This document shows, in pieces, positions 61,501 to 64,000 of a stretch of DNA of 64,000 bases. The notes below the pieces were generated by a model that saw only the letters and a program-made list of their open reading frames with translations, searched no databases and was not told the origin of the DNA. Source of the DNA: Macrostomum lignano (taxonomy: Eukaryota); NCBI GenBank assembly GCA_002269645.1, contig NIVC01002024.1, positions 62,001 to 126,000 of the forward strand. The letters are read 5' to 3'. The first letter of the stretch is position 1; each line of letters starts with the position of its first letter. Both the position numbers and the translations under genes were made by a program.

Positions 61501-61959
61501 ATTCAGCGAAAATAAGATTGTGTTGATTGAACCCAGTTTTTAAATTCAGATTGCTTGGAACCTTAGCTTCTTTGTTATTGAACTGTTTCTGATATTTCTA
61601 AAATTGGGGTTTTCTGTAATCATTTTTACCCTGTCTAATATTGTCAAAGAGACGAATAATGACAGAGCAGGCTTACTCAGAATTTTTTTACAGTATTCTT
61701 GGATTTTTGTGGTCTTGTTAGTCAGCCACTCTACTTATAGTAGGCGGCGCTGAAAAAATCCCGACTTCTACAGGTCAGTACATCTAATTAAGCAAATTAG
61801 CAGAAGGTGCCAATTTTTGGGCGCAGACTCGCCTATTAATAGGTGAGGATTTTTTCTCAGGGACTTTTTCTCTGCAAATAATTGCTCCCTTATATCATTC
61901 CTCACATGTGTGCCGCTTCATCTTGCTCTGCCTTCTCAGTCCCACTCCATCTATTTCAG

Positions 61960-62570
61960 TCTCATTTCCTTCATCTCGTCTCTCACTCTCACTCCCTTTA
62001 TCTACTCTCTGAGTCTCACTTCCTCCGATCTCCTATCGTAGTCCCACTCCCTTCAACTCCCCTCTCAGTCTCACTCCCTCATTTCCTCTCTGAGCCTCAC
62101 TCCCTTCATTTCCTCTCTGAGCCTCACTCCCTTCATTTCCTCTCTGAGCCTCACTCCCTTCATTTCCTCTCTGAGTCTCACTCCCTTCAACTCCCTCTGA
62201 GTCTCACTCCCTTCATCTCCTCTCTGAGTCTCACTCCCTTCATTTCCTCTCTGAGTCTCACTCCCTTCATCGACTCTCTGAGTCTCACTCCCTTCATTTC
62301 CTCTCTGAGTCTCACTCCCTTCATTTCCTCTCTGAGCCTCACTCCCTTCATCTACTCTCTGAGTCTCACTCCCTTCATCGACTCTCTGAGTCTCACTCCC
62401 TTCATTTCCTCTCTGAGCCTCACTCCCTTCATCTACTCTCTGAGTCTCACTCCCTCCGATATCCTATCGTAGTCCCACTCCCTTTAACTCCCCTCTCAGT
62501 CTCACTCCCCTCATCTCCTCTCTCTGTCTCACTCCCTCCATCTCCTCTTCTCAGTCTCATCCGTCTCTCA
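61960..62570. repeat. 27-nt C/T-rich minisatellite CTCTGAGTCTCACTCCCTTCATTTCCT
   Basis: Direct reading. Confidence 0.88.
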
Positions 62571-62887
62571 TTCTTAATGTCAAGCGGTATTTTCTGTCGA
62601 TACAGCAAAATAGAGCATTAATTTGATTTCTCTTCTCCAGAAAGGCGCCTTTGTGTGACCTGACACAGAAATCCCATAATGCCTGCCCTCTAACCTGCGT
62701 AGGCTGAAGAGATTCAGAGCTGTAGCCAAGATCCTCACATGCCTTCTGATTTGTAACTTGACACTCCTCCTCTTTTCATGCGCAGTTTTTTGCTGTTGAG
62801 CTGAACAGGAGAACTTACCCTGTGATTTATATGGGCTCGCTTGTTTTCCCTAGATGAGCTATATTATTTGATGCGTTTTCATCTGGC

Positions 62888-63400
62888 CATTGTTCACCCA
62901 CGTCTATAAGTTATTAGGGTCATTGTTCACCCACGTCTATAAGCTATTAGGGTCATTGTTCACCCACGTCTATAAGCTATTAGGGCCAGTGTTCACCCAC
63001 GTCTATAAGCTATTAGGGCCAGTGTTCACCCACGTCTATAAGCTATTAGGGCCAGTGTTCACCCACGTCTATAAGCTATTAGGGCCATTGTTCGCCCACG
63101 TTTATTGGCTATTAGGGTCATTGTTCCCCCACGTTTATTGGCTATTAGGGTCATTGTTCACCCAAGTTTATAAGCTATTAGGGTCATTGTTCACCCATGT
63201 CTATAAGTTATTAGGGTCATTGTTCACCCATGTCTATAAGTTATTAGGGTCATTGTTCACCCATGTCTATAAGCTATTAGGGTCATTGTTCACCCATGTC
63301 TATAAGCTATTAGGGTCATTGTTCACCCATGTCTATAAGCTATTAGGGTCATTGTTCACCCACGTTTATAGGCTATTAGGGTCATTGTTCACCCACACTC
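62888..63400. repeat. 33-nt minisatellite CATTGTTCACCCACGTCTATAAGCTATTAGGGT
   Basis: About 15 units. Confidence 0.92.
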
Positions 63401-63837
63401 ATTCTATTAGGTCATTATGCTCAATGTTCAATAAATATTACAGTTTTTTTCTATGACAAAGTCAGAGTCAAAGTAACAAATAACAAAGTAACGAAGTACA
63501 TGTAAAACGTTTCATGTCAAAAGTCTGCGCCCATAGGAGTTCTCATGGGATGATCAGCCTTGCGTGAAACGGTAGAAATGTTAGAAGCTTTCAAGTTCTA
63601 AACGTTTTCGGTTTTTTGCCATTTTACATATGTATATCTCCTCAAGTCAGTTGCAGCAGCCTCCGTGCTCTCAGGTGCTTACAGACAGGTGCCTGCAAGT
63701 TACTCAGGAGTTCTGCTTCGTTGCTTAAATCATTAATGAATGTTAGATAACATATCGGGGTCACTATCGTCTTCGCCTCATTCCCACGGGGAAAAATAGT
63801 GGGGCAGATGATTGCACATTTCCGAATTTCCGAATTT

Positions 63838-63978
63838 CCGACTGACTGACTGACTGACTGACATGAGTGAGTGAGTGGCTGACTGACTGACTGACTGACT
63901 GACATGAGTGAGTGAGTGGCTGACTGACTGACTGACTGACTGACTGACTGACTGACTGACTGACTGACTGACTGACTG
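63838..63978. repeat. (CTGA)n microsatellite with GAGT interruptions
   Basis: Direct reading. Confidence 0.9.
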
Positions 63979-64000
63979 CCTACATGAGTTTCATCTCTCC

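Noticed and set aside
60034-61515. 493-aa repeat protein (VAEPGFLRNRMMNLIACR)n
   Set aside because: Unit length is divisible by 3 and a minus frame is also largely open; no ATG or splice support and no recognisable domain. Kept as a repeat unless RNA evidence appears.
12880-63400. Regular 20-38-nt repeat arrays as CRISPR arrays
   Set aside because: Units are head-to-tail with no unique spacers, there are no cas genes, and the context is a spliced eukaryotic locus.

Overview
Eukaryotic, intron- and minisatellite-rich genomic DNA from an invertebrate. The RTE/I/Loa retroelements and the repeat landscape would fit a flatworm such as Macrostomum, but that is inference only. Splice-aware reading gives three genes. 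(1) The 3' part of a large R3-type receptor protein tyrosine phosphatase (RPTP; + strand, <1..23488). Its ectodomain includes a near-perfect 1.7-kb tandem array of alternating phase-1 FN3 cassette exons. (2) A tandem paralogous RPTP (+ strand, 27418..41374) with signal peptide, Ser/Thr/Ala mucin VNTR, 2 FN3, TM and a single PTP domain. (3) A CD164/porimin-like sialomucin (- strand, 43688..45784). Mobile DNA includes a CORE-type tRNA SINE, two Loa/R1-like and one I-clade non-LTR remnant, a 5'-truncated RTE, a foldback element and two diverged copies of an unclassified promoter+intron+ATG element. About 25 different minisatellites are present. Most unusual: a minisatellite built from the exon end and 5' splice site of the catalytic exon; near-identity of only that exon between otherwise diverged paralogs; mosaic homogenisation of the FN3 cassettes; and an antisense FN3 exon bracketed by inverted repeat arrays inside the second RPTP. 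No CRISPR, rRNA or true tRNA gene was found.
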